Assembly: GCF_009914755.1 (NCBI RefSeq)
Contig: NC_060937.1
DNA: 64,000 nt
Direction: 5' to 3' (one strand)
Source of the DNA: the human T2T-CHM13v2.0 reference genome, Homo sapiens
The position numbers were made by a program, and so were the translations under genes. The notes under the pieces were generated by a model that searched no databases, had not been told where the DNA came from, and saw only the letters and a program-made list of their open reading frames with translations. Positions 26,574 through 40,378 of this stretch are shown here, piece by piece; within the stretch, counting starts at the first letter, position 1; the number at the start of each line of letters is the position of its first letter.

Positions 26574-26914
26574 ATGGGGGTGTTGGCAATGGCCCAAGTG
26601 TGTATCAGAGTCCTAGTAAACAAATTACCTTGCACAAAATAATTAATGTGGGGATAAAAAGTAACTTTTTATTGTGGAAGCATCACAGACATTAATCAAG
26701 CATTCAAAGTGTTTGACATTAATAATTGAATAAATTGAAATTGTGTCTTTTGTAGTAGTATGTAGACATAGAAACACAGCGCCATGCCTGTCATATTCCA
26801 AAGATGTATAATTTGTATTAATCATGAACTGAACAACCATCTGACAAACATTTTGTTTAGTTCATGCTGCTAAATAATTGTTCTGTACAATTTAAATGTG
26901 ACAAGATTGAATCT

Positions 26915-27130
26915 TCAAAAAAGTCAGAAGAACTGGTCTAGAATAAAGTGAACTAAGAGACATAACAACAAAACGCAACATACAGTTTTGAACTATATTA
27001 TTTTTCTATTAAGAGCATCCTTAGGATGATTGGTGAAACCTTAAGGGTAACTTTGGATTAAAGGGTAATAATGCATCAATGTTAATTTCCCGAATGTTAT
27101 TGTCTGTATTATGGTTTTATAGGAGAGTGT
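26915..27130 (+). mobile_element. Ancient L1MC/ME 3' UTR fragment
   Basis: GAACTAAGAGACATAACAAC...ATCAATGTTAATTTCC...ATTATGGTTTTATAGGAG. Confidence 0.6.
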
Positions 27131-29485
27131 AATTTAGGAGGTTTTATAGGCAAATACTAGTCAGAGTAGCTTCAATATGCCGGAGATTGTATTGCTCACT
27201 GAGTTAGGGATGAAGCAATCAACATACTTCTTCAAATAATTGGTTAAATACTATGTTTTTGGAATATTTTTTGGAAAATGCTCATACTTTAAAGAGATAT
27301 TTAAAATCTATTTTTTAAAAAACATAGTGAATCCAGGAGAAGATGTTGCATACTAAAGCACAATAAGCAGAAAACGTTAGGTAGCAAGAATTTTTAAACA
27401 GTAAATTTGTAAGATGGAAAAGAAAGAAATGGAAAAAATAAGATTCCTTCCACATTTATAAATATTTATTATAAAATATTGTGTTATGCAGTATTATGTT
27501 TCAAGAGAAATGCGAATTCTGTCTGGGATATGACTGAACATATCCAGTGGGAGTCATTCTAGGTCTCTATTTTGAGCTTTGCCATCTTACTAGGACTGAG
27601 TCACAAATGACTCTGGCTTCTTGTTCTTGTTGTTTCCTCCTACATTTTTCTCTTTATTTATCAGTTGAAACCTTTCTCTTATGAGTTATTTTCAATTATA
27701 TCAACCTACTAGTAACTTAACTCAGCTCATCTGCATTACTGGTTAGCTAGAATAACCTGCATCACATGAAATTGTTTTAAATTGCCAGCTTTCAAAGAAA
27801 TTAATTTAATATTATAGGTTATTATTATTTTACTCATATTAATTTGTACCTTTCTCTAAAGAATATGTTGGTATGAAAATCCATCCAAAGGAATATATTC
27901 TAGTTGAGAAATCATGTATGTATTTTCTTTTCAATGTAAAATTATATTTTAAAAGATAGCTCATCAAAAAATACAAAATGACTGAGTCATAGAAAATTTT
28001 GCTTTTTGTGTTTAATAAACTGAAAATTTGAGATCCTTACAGACAGACCTCATGTAAGAAAAAAAATCTGATCAAATAAGAAAAATAAACACATTTTACA
28101 TTCAGATACATATTTAAGTTTATTTTTAGTATAGATGCAAGGATACTCAAGGACTCGAATACCACCTGCCTAATGTAAAAAAGGTATTGAGTATATTGTA
28201 AATGGCAATGAACTGCAAGAAAGATATATAATAAATCTAAATGTATAATTTCTTTTTAATATACTGCAAATTATTTTTATTTATTCCATATGTCATTTCA
28301 GTTGGATGTGATGTAGAAGACATTCAGTCAATAATATTGAATAGGTATGTTAATTAATGAATAAACATAGTTACTACCTGACAAATATATTTCTATATGG
28401 GTTATTTTGACAGCTTAGGATCTGAGTAAATTATCGGAGGATCTAAAAATACTTCCTAAATTTTGTTACCAGAAGTTAAAACTATGAATTAAGAGTGTGA
28501 TAATAGGTGATGTTTGAAATACGCCAAAGTGCTTATATTATGGTTGTCTGTAAGAAGTTTGCAAATTATTTTAGTAAGATTGTAAGACTATCCCAGGTTT
28601 GTTTAAAGTATAAAAATATATGTGCTATATTAGAAAAGAATCTAAGATTAATCAACCTATGTGTGATATTGAAAAGACTCAAAATGAATTCAAAGAAAAG
28701 AGAAAGAAAATGTGAAATTGTTATTCAGTTAGATGTTGCAATATTCACCTCACTTTAAATCCACTTCCCACATGAGTCATTTTCAACAATTAAAGAGATT
28801 ATGACAGGAGGGAGACTGGTTTAACAACAATCTGTCTTCAGTAACACAGTACTTTTTTTTACATTGAGAAAAAGATCATCCAGGGAGATGATAACTGCGC
28901 TTAGGGCAGTTTGGGAAATACAAATGAGACATTTGGGATTGTGAGAAAGTAAAAAAGTTCCCCCAAAACAAATTGTCCCCCAGTGAAAAATTGAGTTACT
29001 TGTTACATTTGGTTTTGACTAGGAGAAACTGGCCTTGACATCTGCTATTTTACTGAGCTTATTATTACTCCAGATGGCAACTTCAAACTGTTCTCTAATG
29101 TTTCACTTCTGAAGAATAACAATATTTTGCCTTTTGACTACAAGACCCTTACCTTCATGCCAATGTCTCCATTTTACTTTGTTTCTTAAAATATTTTATC
29201 AATCAGAGTTAATGACACACTTACAACAGGAACATTAATATGGTTTTTATTAAATTATATAAATAAACTTAGAAAGTAGCCATTGCTTAAAATGCTAAGA
29301 AAAAACGTTTTGCTAAAAATGGAATCACACATTTCGCCTCTTCTAATAAAATAAATAAGGTATCTCCCACCAAGTAAAAGAAAATAAGACAGAATTTAGG
29401 AGGTGGCTAATACGCAAAGTATAGTTATGAAAAATGGTTCCTAAATGCAGGAAAAGTCAAATAAGGCATCAGGAAGGTGATCTTC

Positions 29486-29927
29486 TGTAACCAACTGCCC
29501 AATGGGTTCACCTTGCATAGACAGAGCCGGCTTACCAATACAGGGAAATTGCAATAGAGAAAGAGTAATTAACACAGAGCCGGCTGTGCAGGAGATGTTT
29601 TGTTATTACTGAAATCAGTCTCCTTGAGCATTCAGGGAGCAGAGTTTTTAAGGACAACGTGATGGGCTGGGGGAAGTCAGAGAGGCAAGAGTGCTGGTTG
29701 GTCAAAAATGAAATCATAGGGAGTGGAAGCTGTCTTATTGCACTGTCACTTCCTGGGTGGGGGCCACAAGATCAGATGAGCCAGTTTATCAATCTGGATG
29801 GTGCCAGCTGATCAATCAAATGAAAGATCTGCAAAATAGCTCAAGCACTGATGTTAGGAGCAGTTTAGGGGGATCAGAATCTTGCAGCCTCCAGCTGCGT
29901 GACTCCTAAACCATAATTTCTAATCTT
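29486..29927 (-). mobile_element. LTR8 (ERV1), lacking its 5' U3 portion
   Basis: TGTAACC...GCCCAATGGGTTCACCTTGC...GCAATAGAGAAAGAGTAATT...GACTCCTAAACCATAATTTCTAATCTT, followed by an abrupt end. Confidence 0.85.
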
Positions 29928-30292
29928 CTAAGAGAAGATAAGTAAATTGGGTGTGTTCTGTGAGATACCTAGATTTTTTGCATAACGGCAGTTTCCAGAC
30001 TGAAGCACATTATTTGGGAACCTGAGGACAGTCCAGTAGTCTTGCTGAGAAGAGGAAAGAGGAATAAGAAATAAGAGAGGCCAAGATAACAGAAATCTGT
30101 GAATTCAAGTGTCAGAGGTAAGCAGAAAAAACCCAGTGAAAGAGTTCCAAAAATGTACAAATGTAATTCACTGAAATATTTGAAAGAATATTAATCTGAA
30201 CATAAATAGAGTAAAACTCTGTTAGGTCAGGCATCGAAACAGTGCTTGGTAGTGACTTGTTTGATTATTTTAGAGAGTTCATGCAGACCTGG

Positions 30293-30636
30293 TGATGTGG
30301 TTTGGCTGTGTCTGCACCCAAATCTCATCTTGAATTGTGCCATAATTTCCATGTGTCATGAGAGGGACCAGGTAGGAGGTAAGTGAATCAGGGGGTGAGT
30401 CTTTCTTGTGATAGTAAATGCCTCATGAGATCTGATGGTTTTATAAAGGGGGGTGCCCTACACAAGCTCTCTTGCCTGCTGCCATGTAAAACAAGACTTT
30501 GCTCCTCATTCGCCTTCTGCCATGATTGTGAGGCCTCCCCTGCCACGTGGAATAGTGAGTCAGTTAAATCTCTTTCCTTTTAAATTACCCAGTCTCAGAT
30601 ATGTCTTTATGAACAGTGTGAGAACAGACTAATGCA
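30293..30636 (+). mobile_element. THE1B MaLR solo LTR
   Basis: TGATGTGGTTTGGCTGTGTC...CAGACTAATGCA. 5-bp TSD CCTGG at 30288-30292 and 30637-30641. Confidence 0.92.
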
Positions 30637-30699
30637 CCTGGAAACCATTCAATTTTCTACCAGTGAATGTGGAGAAATTTTATTTAATACTTGTGACAT

Positions 30700-31700
30700 T
30701 GAGCAGAGATCCCAGAAATATTATGCCTTAGGAGTAGGTCAAATAGGAATATAAAGTCTATGCTGTATCAATAAAGCTTATAAATAACACTTGAGTGGGT
30801 CAAATTTATTCAGAAATGACTTAAATGTCTGCCAAACAAATTTCAAAATCTCCCACAGAAAAATGATAAAGTGCTAATATAGCAGCATAATATATGTGGC
30901 ATCCTATCAGAAATTCCTTGACATATGAAGCAGGAAAATTCCTTTGACATCTGACAAATAACTAGGAAATAAATCATATCATAGAAACAAACCAATACAT
31001 GTGAGGAATTTTAGAATTAGCCAGCAAAGATTAATAAAGTTACAATAAATATTTTTATAATAAAAATTAAAAATAACAAAAAATGTAATATGGCAAAAAA
31101 ATGAAAGATTAAAAAAATAAGTTCTTAATTTAAAAATATATCCTCAAACTTCTAGTTTTGCATTCAGCAGGAAAGAAGATTAGAAGTCCCACTCCATGCC
31201 AACAAATAAGAAGCTGGAAAAATGGGAAAGTGAAAAACAATCCTTAGATTGAACAGAAAAGTTAAGTCCCAGGGAAAATCAGTGCTCCCAAACTTCGAGA
31301 GACAGACAAACAGATAATCACATTGGATATTTCACAACAGATACATATATCAAAATATTACAACATACACTTTAAATATATACAATTTTATTTGTCTATT
31401 ATTGTCAACATATATAGGGGAAAGAAAATAACAACTGTCTTTGAGGATATGGAGAAATTAGGACTAACATATACTGCTGATAGGAATATAAGATAGTATA
31501 GCCACTTTGAAAAACATTGTTTTTTGAAAGTTAATATTTTTCATAGGACTCATGGCAAGGAAAATGAAAACACACTTCCATATAAAGACCTGTGCAAAGA
31601 TAGTCACCAAAGCATTGATAATAATAGCCAAAAAGTAGATGCATTTCAAATATTCAAAAACTGATAAATGGGATAAACCATTATATATAGATATAAACAT
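30700..31700 (+). mobile_element. Patchwork of ancient L1M fragments (5' region/ORF1 start and ORF2 end)
   Basis: TTAGAATTAGCCAGCAAAGA (ORF1 start-like) and GAGGATATGGAGAAATTAG...AGCCACTTTGAAAAAC (ORF2 end). Confidence 0.55.
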
Positions 31701-31749
31701 GAAATATGTTAATATATATAAACATGAAATATGTTATATAACATGGCTA

Positions 31750-32996
31750 AAACATTCAGTAAACCATGTTGTAAACAGATGTGCTGTCATCTGGGCTTTG
31801 TAGTTCCATTTATAGAGCACAGACAGAATAGATTTAGTGTAATTCTTAAGGGTCTAGGAATTTTTAAATGGGAAATGGGCATTGGCTCCAACCAGCTGCA
31901 CCAACTACTAATGGGAGAGTAAGCCTGTCCTTTGAAGCTCTAAAGCCAAGCATTGATTTCTCCTCTCTAGTTATGAAAGCCCTAGATGACACTTTCTTCC
32001 AATAGAAGGCTGTTTGGTCTACATTGAAAATCTGTAGTGACTTTCATCAGTTATCTTAGCTGGTTTTCCTAGATAACTTGCTGTAAAGCTGCTACATCAG
32101 CACTTGCTGTTTCACCTTCTGCTGTTATGTTATAGAGATGGTTTCTTTTCTTCAATTCTATGAACCAACATCTGCTAACTTGAGACTTTTCCTCTGAAGC
32201 CTCCTCACTTTCCTCAGTCTTCATAGAATTGAAGAATGTTAGACCTTGCTTTGGGTTAGGCTTCAAATTCAGAGAATGTTGTGGCTGGTTTGATCTTCTA
32301 TTCAGACAACTAAAACCTTCTCCATATTAGCAATGACTGTTTTGGTTTCTTATCATTCATATGTTCACTGAATTAGCACTTTTAATTTCCTTCAAAAACT
32401 TTTTCTTTATATTCATAACTTGGCTAATTGTTTTGTGCAAGAGGCTTAGCTTTCAACCTATCTTGGCTTTCAACATACCTGTCTCACTAAGATTAATCAT
32501 TTCTAGCTTTTGTTTTAAAGTAAAAAACATCTAAACTTTCCTGTCCCTTGAACAGTTAAAGAACCTTGTAGGATTATTAATTGACGTAATTTTAATATTG
32601 TTTTGTCTTAGGAAAAAGAAGGCCAGAGGAGAAGTAAAAAACAGGGAAAGGCCAGTCTATGGAGCAGTAAGAATACACACAACATTCATCGATTAAGGTT
32701 GTCATCTTACACTGTGCCCCAAAACACCATATAATTTTGTGATGTCCCAGAACAATTACAATAGTAACAATCTAGAGCACTGATCACAAATCATCCTAAA
32801 AGATACAATAATAATAAAAATGTTTGAAATATTGTGAATATTATGTGACACAGACACAAGGTGAGCACATGCTGTCAAAAAAAAATGGTGCCATAAACTT
32901 GCTTGACACAAGGTTGCACAAACCTTCAATTTGTAAAAAAAATGTAATACCTGAGAAGCACAATAAAGCAAAATGCAGTAAAACATGGTATGTCTG
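31750..32996 (-). mobile_element. Tigger1 DNA transposon 5' half with a decayed transposase
   Basis: Terminal repeat ...GCAGTAAAACATGGTATGTCTG|TA. ORF 32069-32266 (LTFFNSMKTEESEEASEEK...RCWF...HLYNITAEGETASADV) matches the Tigger1/TIGD1-like CENP-B HTH region. Confidence 0.93.
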
Positions 32997-33089
32997 TACA
33001 TCCTTTAACAGCACAGGACAGAGGAATGAGTTTTCTGAGAAACAACAAAATTAAACAAACCATGATTTTTATATTTCAGGTAATGGAAC

Positions 33090-33362
33090 TTTTTTTTTTT
33101 TCGAGACAGAGTCTTGCTCTGTCACCCAGGCTGGAGTGCAGTGGCATGATGTTGGCTCAGAGCAACCTCCGCCTCCCAGGCTCAAGTGATTTTTCCACCT
33201 CAGCCTCCCAAGTGCAAGCCACCACAGTCATCTAATTTTGTTGTATTTTTTGTAGAGATGGGGTTTCACCATGTTGCTGAGGCTAGTCTTCTGTTCTCAA
33301 GCGATCTGCCCGCCTCGGCCTCCCAAAGTGCTGGGGTCACAGGTGTGAGCCACTGCACTGAA
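33090..33362 (-). mobile_element. AluJb with small internal deletions
   Basis: Poly(T), GAGACAGAGTCTTGCTC and CAGGCTCAAG. Degenerate TSD GTAATGGA(A/T)CTT on both sides. Confidence 0.9.
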
Positions 33363-34229
33363 CAAGTAATGGATCTTACTAGAAGAGTACATCATTTAAT
33401 GAGTTGAAATCAAGATTCAAAACTATTTCACCTGTTTTTATAAAATATATAAGAAATAATACAAATATTTTCTTCATTTTGTACTCAAAGAAGTGACTGA
33501 GGACGAAGTGGATTATTTTATAGGTATTCCAAATCAAATTCAGTTTGAGTTAAATCTGTAAGAATTACTACATCTGAGTAATTTTTACATAATTGGAACA
33601 TTTTGACATAACTATTTTAAGACATTATTTTCAATTTATATGTATGTCTAAACATGTAATAACCTGTTATTATGGTGAGTAAACTAAGTACTCTTTGAGG
33701 AAATATAATTATCTAGTGTGAATGTGAGCCTGTGTATGTATGTGTGTGAGTGGTAGTGAAGGGAATGATGTCCACTGAAGAGGAAATAACTTCTCTCTGG
33801 AAAAGTATATGGAGAGAAAAAATTGTACTTTTACTCCTTTGATAACATACTCATTGTATGTTTCATTATTCAAACACTGACACTAACATCAGCTCTGCTA
33901 CATGTTTTTAAGTCTTTAATGCATTACTTCCTTCCACTTTCCCATCTTGCTTATTTTATTTTTTCCTCAAACCTGTAACCTAGGCCGTCTTACTAATATT
34001 GTTTTTGTTTTATTATTTTATTTTTTAAGTTTTTAATTTATTTTAATTAATTCATTGTTTAGTTTTCTGCAATATCATTCTGACTTTGTTAATGTTGCTA
34101 TTTCCAGGTCAATCAAAAAAGCTGACTGAAGCTCACCGAACTGGAACTCTTCTGCTTACTTCTTCATTTATTTACCTTCTCCACCCTTCTCTGTTAAAAG
34201 AGACTGACCTGTTGGAGCTACCAGAAAGT

Positions 34230-34526
34230 CAAAGGGAGAGAGAACAGTGACTAGAGAACTATTATTCCCACAGTTCTCTCTGTTGCTTTATCTTTTCCTG
34301 GCTGTTGACGCCACCACTCAAGGTGGTTCTCTCCATTGAATTCTTTCCTTCCAGGTTCTGGTAACTACAATTGCACATCCCTGTTCAGGCTAACAGAACG
34401 TGTTATTATTGGCTCTAGTGTACTGTGATATATCTTTTAGAGAATTTTAATTTCAAAGTAGTCCCTTTATTAACACTTTCTTAAATTATACTAATTTTAG
34501 TTCACAGTGGGAACCAATCTGATACA
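34230..34526 (+). mobile_element. LTR33-like ERVL LTR, 3' part
   Basis: TAGTCCCTTTATTAACACTTTCTTAAATTATACTAATTT...TCTGATACA resembles the LTR33 end. Confidence 0.5.
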
Positions 34527-36440
34527 TTTATCATAGAAATTGATCTAATACACTGAGGCTTATATGAGAGTTTTGAAGAAAGATGATTTTATCCACATCC
34601 TGGCTAAACTATAGAGAAAAAATGCACAATCTAATATCAATGACTTAACGTCATAGTGTCTGGTTTGGATTATATGTCCATTATAGGTTGCCAAGTGGAC
34701 TTTATCAATATATCTAAGGAACACCATAAGCTCCATAGAAATACAACTCTAGCATTTCAGAGTCAAGAAAAAAAAAGATTTTTAAAAATCATTGTCAGTG
34801 GTTTAAGTTCTGCCCAGAAGGTCATTTTTCTTATGTTTTTCTGGCATATAAGTCACATAGTTTAACCTGACCTTATAATATGGCATTTTTCAAGATGGGA
34901 CCCATATATGGTTGAACACCAATGCATTCTGTCATTCTGGCCATCAAATATTTGGTTTCCTCCTCACCCATGTATGAAACATTTTTACCCAATCCCAAAT
35001 TTCCCACCTAATCAGCATATCTAGCACTAGGCCCAAGATCCCATTGTGTTTTGTGATTTCTTCTATGTCAGATGTACATGGCTTCTTTTGCTCTGGACAA
35101 CTGAAAACTAAAAGAAAAGAGCAATAGTTATTGTCCTTCATCACACAAATGTGCAATATAAAAATGAGATAACTGAGCAGAAACATTACATATGTATACA
35201 TATACACACACACACATATGATATTTAAGAGATAAAATAGGAGGGAGGCTTATGCGTCTTTGTTAAATGAGATTCTAAAACCTCACTGGATATGTATTAA
35301 AAGGAATATGGTTCTTAGAGGAGCAAATGTTCTTTGTCAGACACTTATTTCACTCTCCTTGTCATCATTTATCATCGTTCTTCTTGATCTTTGGTTCTGT
35401 CTTCTGTAAGATCTTTTTTATTTCTGTTACACTTGATTACATCAGATGGAAGTTACTTTGAATGGAGGTCCCACTGGGACTTATTCTAGAAATTTAAAAG
35501 AAAACTTTTTTAATAGTAACATTCTTTTAAATTTTTTGCTCAGCATGTTTCACTTAAAAATAAAACGGTGTTAAAGATGTGTGTGTATATATGTATACAC
35601 ACACACACATTTATATGTGTATATATGAAAAGTAATTAAGAAAATGTCTATGTAAATGCATGATGTTTCCTTACTATTATCCTACCATAAAAGACATTTC
35701 AGGAAAGAAATAGAATAGTCACAAAGTATAGGACAAAACAGATTATAAGAATACAAAGGAGTCAAAATTAAATGTAGTATAAATTAATTATTTTATTAGT
35801 TTAAAATGAATCTTGTCAATTAAACTATTATCTTAGCGATTAAGAGATTTCATACCATATAGCCAATAAAACTAGATGTATGGTTCTGCTGGGAATTAAG
35901 TAATTGGGTATGTTTTTATGCCTCATTATTAATGACCTCATATGCTATTTTAGGCCAGTGCCTACTTACTAATTTGAATAATTCTGTTTTTATGACAGCC
36001 TCAGTACTATATACTTCTAGTATAATATATAGTACTTACTATATATTAAGCCTCTGGAATTATTTCCCACTGGAATCATTTAAATTTATAGAAAATTATT
36101 AAAGATGTAAAATTATTAGCATGCTAATAAAAGTGTTAAATAGGGGTAGTCTCACCAAAAGTAATAAGTACTTTTGGACAGTCAACAATTTAAACTCAAA
36201 ATTAAAAGTATAATCACAGATTTTCAAACCTACTTTCCATTTTATTATCTAAATGAAAGACATCTAGAAATTGAAGATAATGTATTTTAAGAGTTTCATA
36301 GAAAACATTAAAATTTAATGTCACATGTAATAAGATTTGGTGTCATAAATACTAAATATAGATAATTATGTTTAAGGAATACAGCTGTGAAATAAACAAA
36401 TTAAGTATGTAATCAGAATAATGATTATTTGTATCAAATA

Positions 36441-36758
36441 TTATTATTTATTTATTTATTTATTTTGAGACAGGCTGTCACTCTGCCGCCCAGGATGGAG
36501 TGCAGTGGCACGATCTCAGCTCACCGCAAACTTGGCCTTCTGGGCTCAAGCAATTCTCCTGCCTCAGCCCTCCCAACTCCAAGTAGCTGGGATTACAGGC
36601 ACAAGCCACCAGGCCTAGCTAATGTTTTTTGTATTTTTTGTAGAGACAGGGTTTCACTATGTTGCCCTGGCTGGGCTCAAACTCCTGAGATCTAGCAATA
36701 CACCCGCCTCAGCCTCCCAAAGTGCTAGAATTACAGGTGTGAGCCACCTCACTTGGCC
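36441..36758 (-). mobile_element. AluJ (Jo/Jr-like) with a (TTTA)n tail
   Basis: TGGGCTCAAGCAATTCTCC and GTAGAGACAGGGTTTCACTATGTTG. TSD core TATCAAAT at 36432 and 36761. Confidence 0.9.
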
Positions 36759-37038
36759 TTTATCAAATTTTAGAGACAATCATGATATTTGTCCAATCTA
36801 TACACTTATTACAAATGTGCTCATATGGTATGGTGACATTGCAAATGACTGTTTCGTCTTATTTAACATTAACTTAAATATCTTAAGAAACTGAACAACA
36901 AATTCCAATTTTATGTTCAAGTGTATTAATGTGATAACTACTCACACAGTGAACTCTTGAAAGTTCCTTGACTAAATATTTTAAAATTCAAAACTTCTCT
37001 CAGAATAAATGAGAGTTTTCTTGTTCATGATCTCTACT

Positions 37039-37202
37039 CAGGGCTGGCTTCTTGGCCATGCAACCTGTGCAGTCTCACAGGGTCCTAGGTTTAGAAGGTC
37101 CTCATACTTGGCTTTTCCATGGATGTTGTGAAATTATTTTTGAACAAGGAAGCCCACATTTCCATTTTGTCCTAGAACCCACAAATTGTGTAGACTGTCC
37201 TG
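37039..37202 (+). mobile_element. MER45A hAT-Tip100 DNA transposon
   Basis: CAGGGCTGGCTT...GCAACCTGTGCAGTCTCACAGGG...CAAATTGTGTAGACTGTCCTG with inverted termini. Confidence 0.8.
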
Positions 37203-38274
37203 CTGTTATCTATTTTTTTCATATAGAAATAATTATTTGGTAATATGCCTTATATTTTCTGCTTAAAAAATTAATTTAAAAAAATGAAGGAAAATATGTG
37301 AAAATAACCCAAAACTAATACAAGATATGGAAGATAACCATTGCTCTTATTACTAAAATTTGTATTAAAGATGCGGCCTTCCTATCACAAAGACCGTTTT
37401 GAGTTGCTTCATGGAAAAAGCCATTAAATAAATGGCTAGGAGACAGCCAAAGATGAGGCCGTATAATAAAAGGATGAGAACCTCAAGTATAAAGGTTTAT
37501 CTAGAAAAAATATTTGGCTATAGTTACTCAGCAAGAAAATTTATTTGAAGTAATTAATCCATCAGGTTGTTAAGATAAGAGTTTGTTGGGTTATCTTGCC
37601 AAAGAAACTCCTTACAACATGTAATGATTTCAATCCCATAAACTCTAAACTGAATAAAACAGAAGAAGAACTATAAAAATTCAATCCTCTAGGAAGACTA
37701 TCTTCCCGACATCTAACACAGAAGCGGCCAAGAAGACTAATGGGCAAGACTTCCCAGAAGATAGAACCAAAGGACACGGTGGGTGATAGTAAGGGCAATC
37801 CTCTCAGATTGCAGAAACAGTGCTGGCTGTTTGACTTAATTTGTTAACCAAGGGCAAGAAAGTTATACATATTGCAGGGTTTTTTTTTTTCAGTTGAATT
37901 ATATATATATTTTCCTATAAGAAAATAACACCAAAAAATAGCAAATCAAACACACAAATAAGTAAGTTAATGAAAGAATTGCAAAACACACTGAAAATAG
38001 AAGAAAAAAATGTAAGTTAGGAGTAGCAATTAATGAAATACAGATTAAACATTTATCTGTATTTACGAAATACAGGTAACAAAGATGGAGAAGAATAAAG
38101 AAGTCAATGTCAATTAATTGATAGGATGAAATTTTATAACATAATTGTTACATAGTAATAGCCGATAAGCCAATTATAAATTCTGGTATTAAGAATTATC
38201 AATTTAGAATTAAAACCGGTTTTGTTTAGGGGGTTCAACACCTGTCACTGTAGCTCTTATTATTCTCTTTCAAT

Positions 38275-38535
38275 TATCTATCTATGTATCTATCTATCTA
38301 TCCATCCACATATACATGACAGATATATAATCTATTTATTTCTATATGATCTAGATAGATATATCCATTTATAATCTATATACACATATATTGTAGATAA
38401 ATTTTAAATTTAACCTATCAATTTATAATACATACAGATCATTATAAATGTACATAGGTAATATATAATTATGTATTTTATATCAATTATATATACATTT
38501 TGTTATATAATTATAAATAATATATTTTATATATT
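38275..38535. repeat. TCTA/TA-rich low-complexity region
   Basis: TATCTATCTATGTATCTATCTATCTATCC followed by a TA-rich tract. Confidence 0.8.
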
Positions 38536-39679
38536 GTTCTTAAATCTACATGGAAAGAGACTGTGTCTGTGAGAGAAAGGGTGATTAATTGAAAAAGATA
38601 AAATGATCTTTATAAATACATCTTCATAAAATTATATTCAAGGATTTTTTTTTCTATTCTGTCCATAATGGTGACATGTGATTAATGAAGTTCAATGCAA
38701 AACTTTCTATTTTAAAGCTAATTTTTTTATGACAGGGAAACATTATTAATTGCCAAAAGATTTTCTACAATATAGCTTTCTAATATCATCTAAAAGATCA
38801 TCCACTGTATTCTTCAGTATTGTGAAGGCCATACCAACTACAAAGACCAAGGTTTTGATGAAAATCTACACTGGCAACATGAAGCAAAAATTATTAGTGG
38901 AATTAAATTATTAAGTGTATATCAATGATTTGAAAAAAATCTCAACTTCCCCATCTCATAAGTAAACAATATAAATCTATAAAAAATATAAATATCATAA
39001 ACTCTGACTGGTACATCAGGCAAATATGACATAATCTTCCTTTGTTTCCCAACCCACAGGACTGGTTTAAGCAAATAATGATGCTCATGGTGTAAACTCT
39101 GTGGTCGAGTAATATTATTTAAAAAATGTTATAACTGTAGATTGTCTCCTGGAGATTGTTGGAATGAACTCTCCTGATATCTGTGTCCTTGAAATCCCTG
39201 CCACTTGGATTGAGGCACATCTGCTATTCTTGCATATTGATTTTAACTATTTTAAGTAACATGTTTTTAAAACTTTTCTTCATACTCATCCTTAACAGAT
39301 TTTTTTCCTTTAACTCCTATGGGCGATAAGTGCAAACTTTTTTGGTTATTTCAAGACTATTAAATTTCATCTAGATTAAATATAGACCAAAAGATGATAT
39401 TATGTGATTTTCCTAGAACACAAGACATATGACACATAAGATTTTCATGCAACTTTCCCTGAATTTCTAAGCTCTTTTTTTCTATAAGTGTCTGCATTTT
39501 AATTTAAGCATATGTTTGCAAACACTTGGTTCTGTTTAAGATGCATGATTTCAAATGCATAGCTATATATTTATTTATACTTAAATATGTTAGTTTCAAA
39601 GATGATCATCAATGATCTATGCCTCCTTGAACTCATAATTAATAAGGGACAATTTCTAGGGCAGAAAGAATATTGTTCA

Positions 39680-40378
39680 AGTAATACCAGGTCATAAAAG
39701 ACACTGCTGCTTCACTCTTGCTTTTCTGGATCACAGAATCTAATGTCATGATTATATTTTGATCAACTTGTAATGAGGCTCACTTAGGAAATAACTGAGA
39801 TCTCTGTTAATAACAAGTACACAATGCTGTCCATGTGTGAGACACCTTAAAAGCAGCATCAGCTTACTAAAGCCGCAGGTGACACTGAAGCACAACTCCC
39901 AAAAAAACTGTCAGCTAACCTTTCTTTATAATTATGACACATAGAGACCGTACCAGCCCAAAAGTTGGTCCCCAACATTTTTGGCACCAGGAACTGGTTT
40001 TGTGGAACACAATTTTTCCACAGACAGCAGGGGATGGTTTTGGGATGAAACTGTTCCACCTCAGATCATCAGGCATCAGATTCTCATAAGGAGTGCACAA
40101 CCTAGGTCCCTTGCCTGTGCACTTCACAATAGGGTTCCTGCTCCTATGGGAATCTACTGCTGTGGCTGATCTGACAGGAGGCGGAGCTAGGCTGTAATGC
40201 TCTCTCACCCACTGCTCACCTCCTGCCCTGAAGCCCAGTTCCTAACAGGCTGTGGACTGGTTCCCATCCATAGCCCAGGAGATGGAGACCCCTACTGTAA
40301 GCAATGATAAACATTTATTCTTGTAAATCAGAAATTTTGAGGGGCAATTTGTTATGCAGTAAGAGAAAACTAATTCTA
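39680..40378 (+). mobile_element. Old MLT1 (F/G/H-like) LTR interrupted by MER1B
   Basis: GGTCATAAAAGACACTGCTGCTTC on the left and AATTTGTTATGCAGTAAGAGAAAACTAA (MLT1 3' end) on the right. Confidence 0.6.
39962..40294. mobile_element. MER1B hAT-Charlie DNA transposon
   Basis: GGTCCCCAACATTTTTGGCACCAGG...GAAACTGTTCCACCTCAGATCATCAGGCA...GGAGACCCCT. Confidence 0.9.

Noticed and set aside
27590-28785. Three TGAGTCA (AP-1) motifs within 1.2 kb
   Set aside because: Short motif without other support, so it cannot be distinguished from chance.
32069-32266. Transposase-like ORF (TIGD1-like)
   Set aside because: A 65-aa remnant of a truncated, stop-riddled Tigger1, not a domesticated gene.
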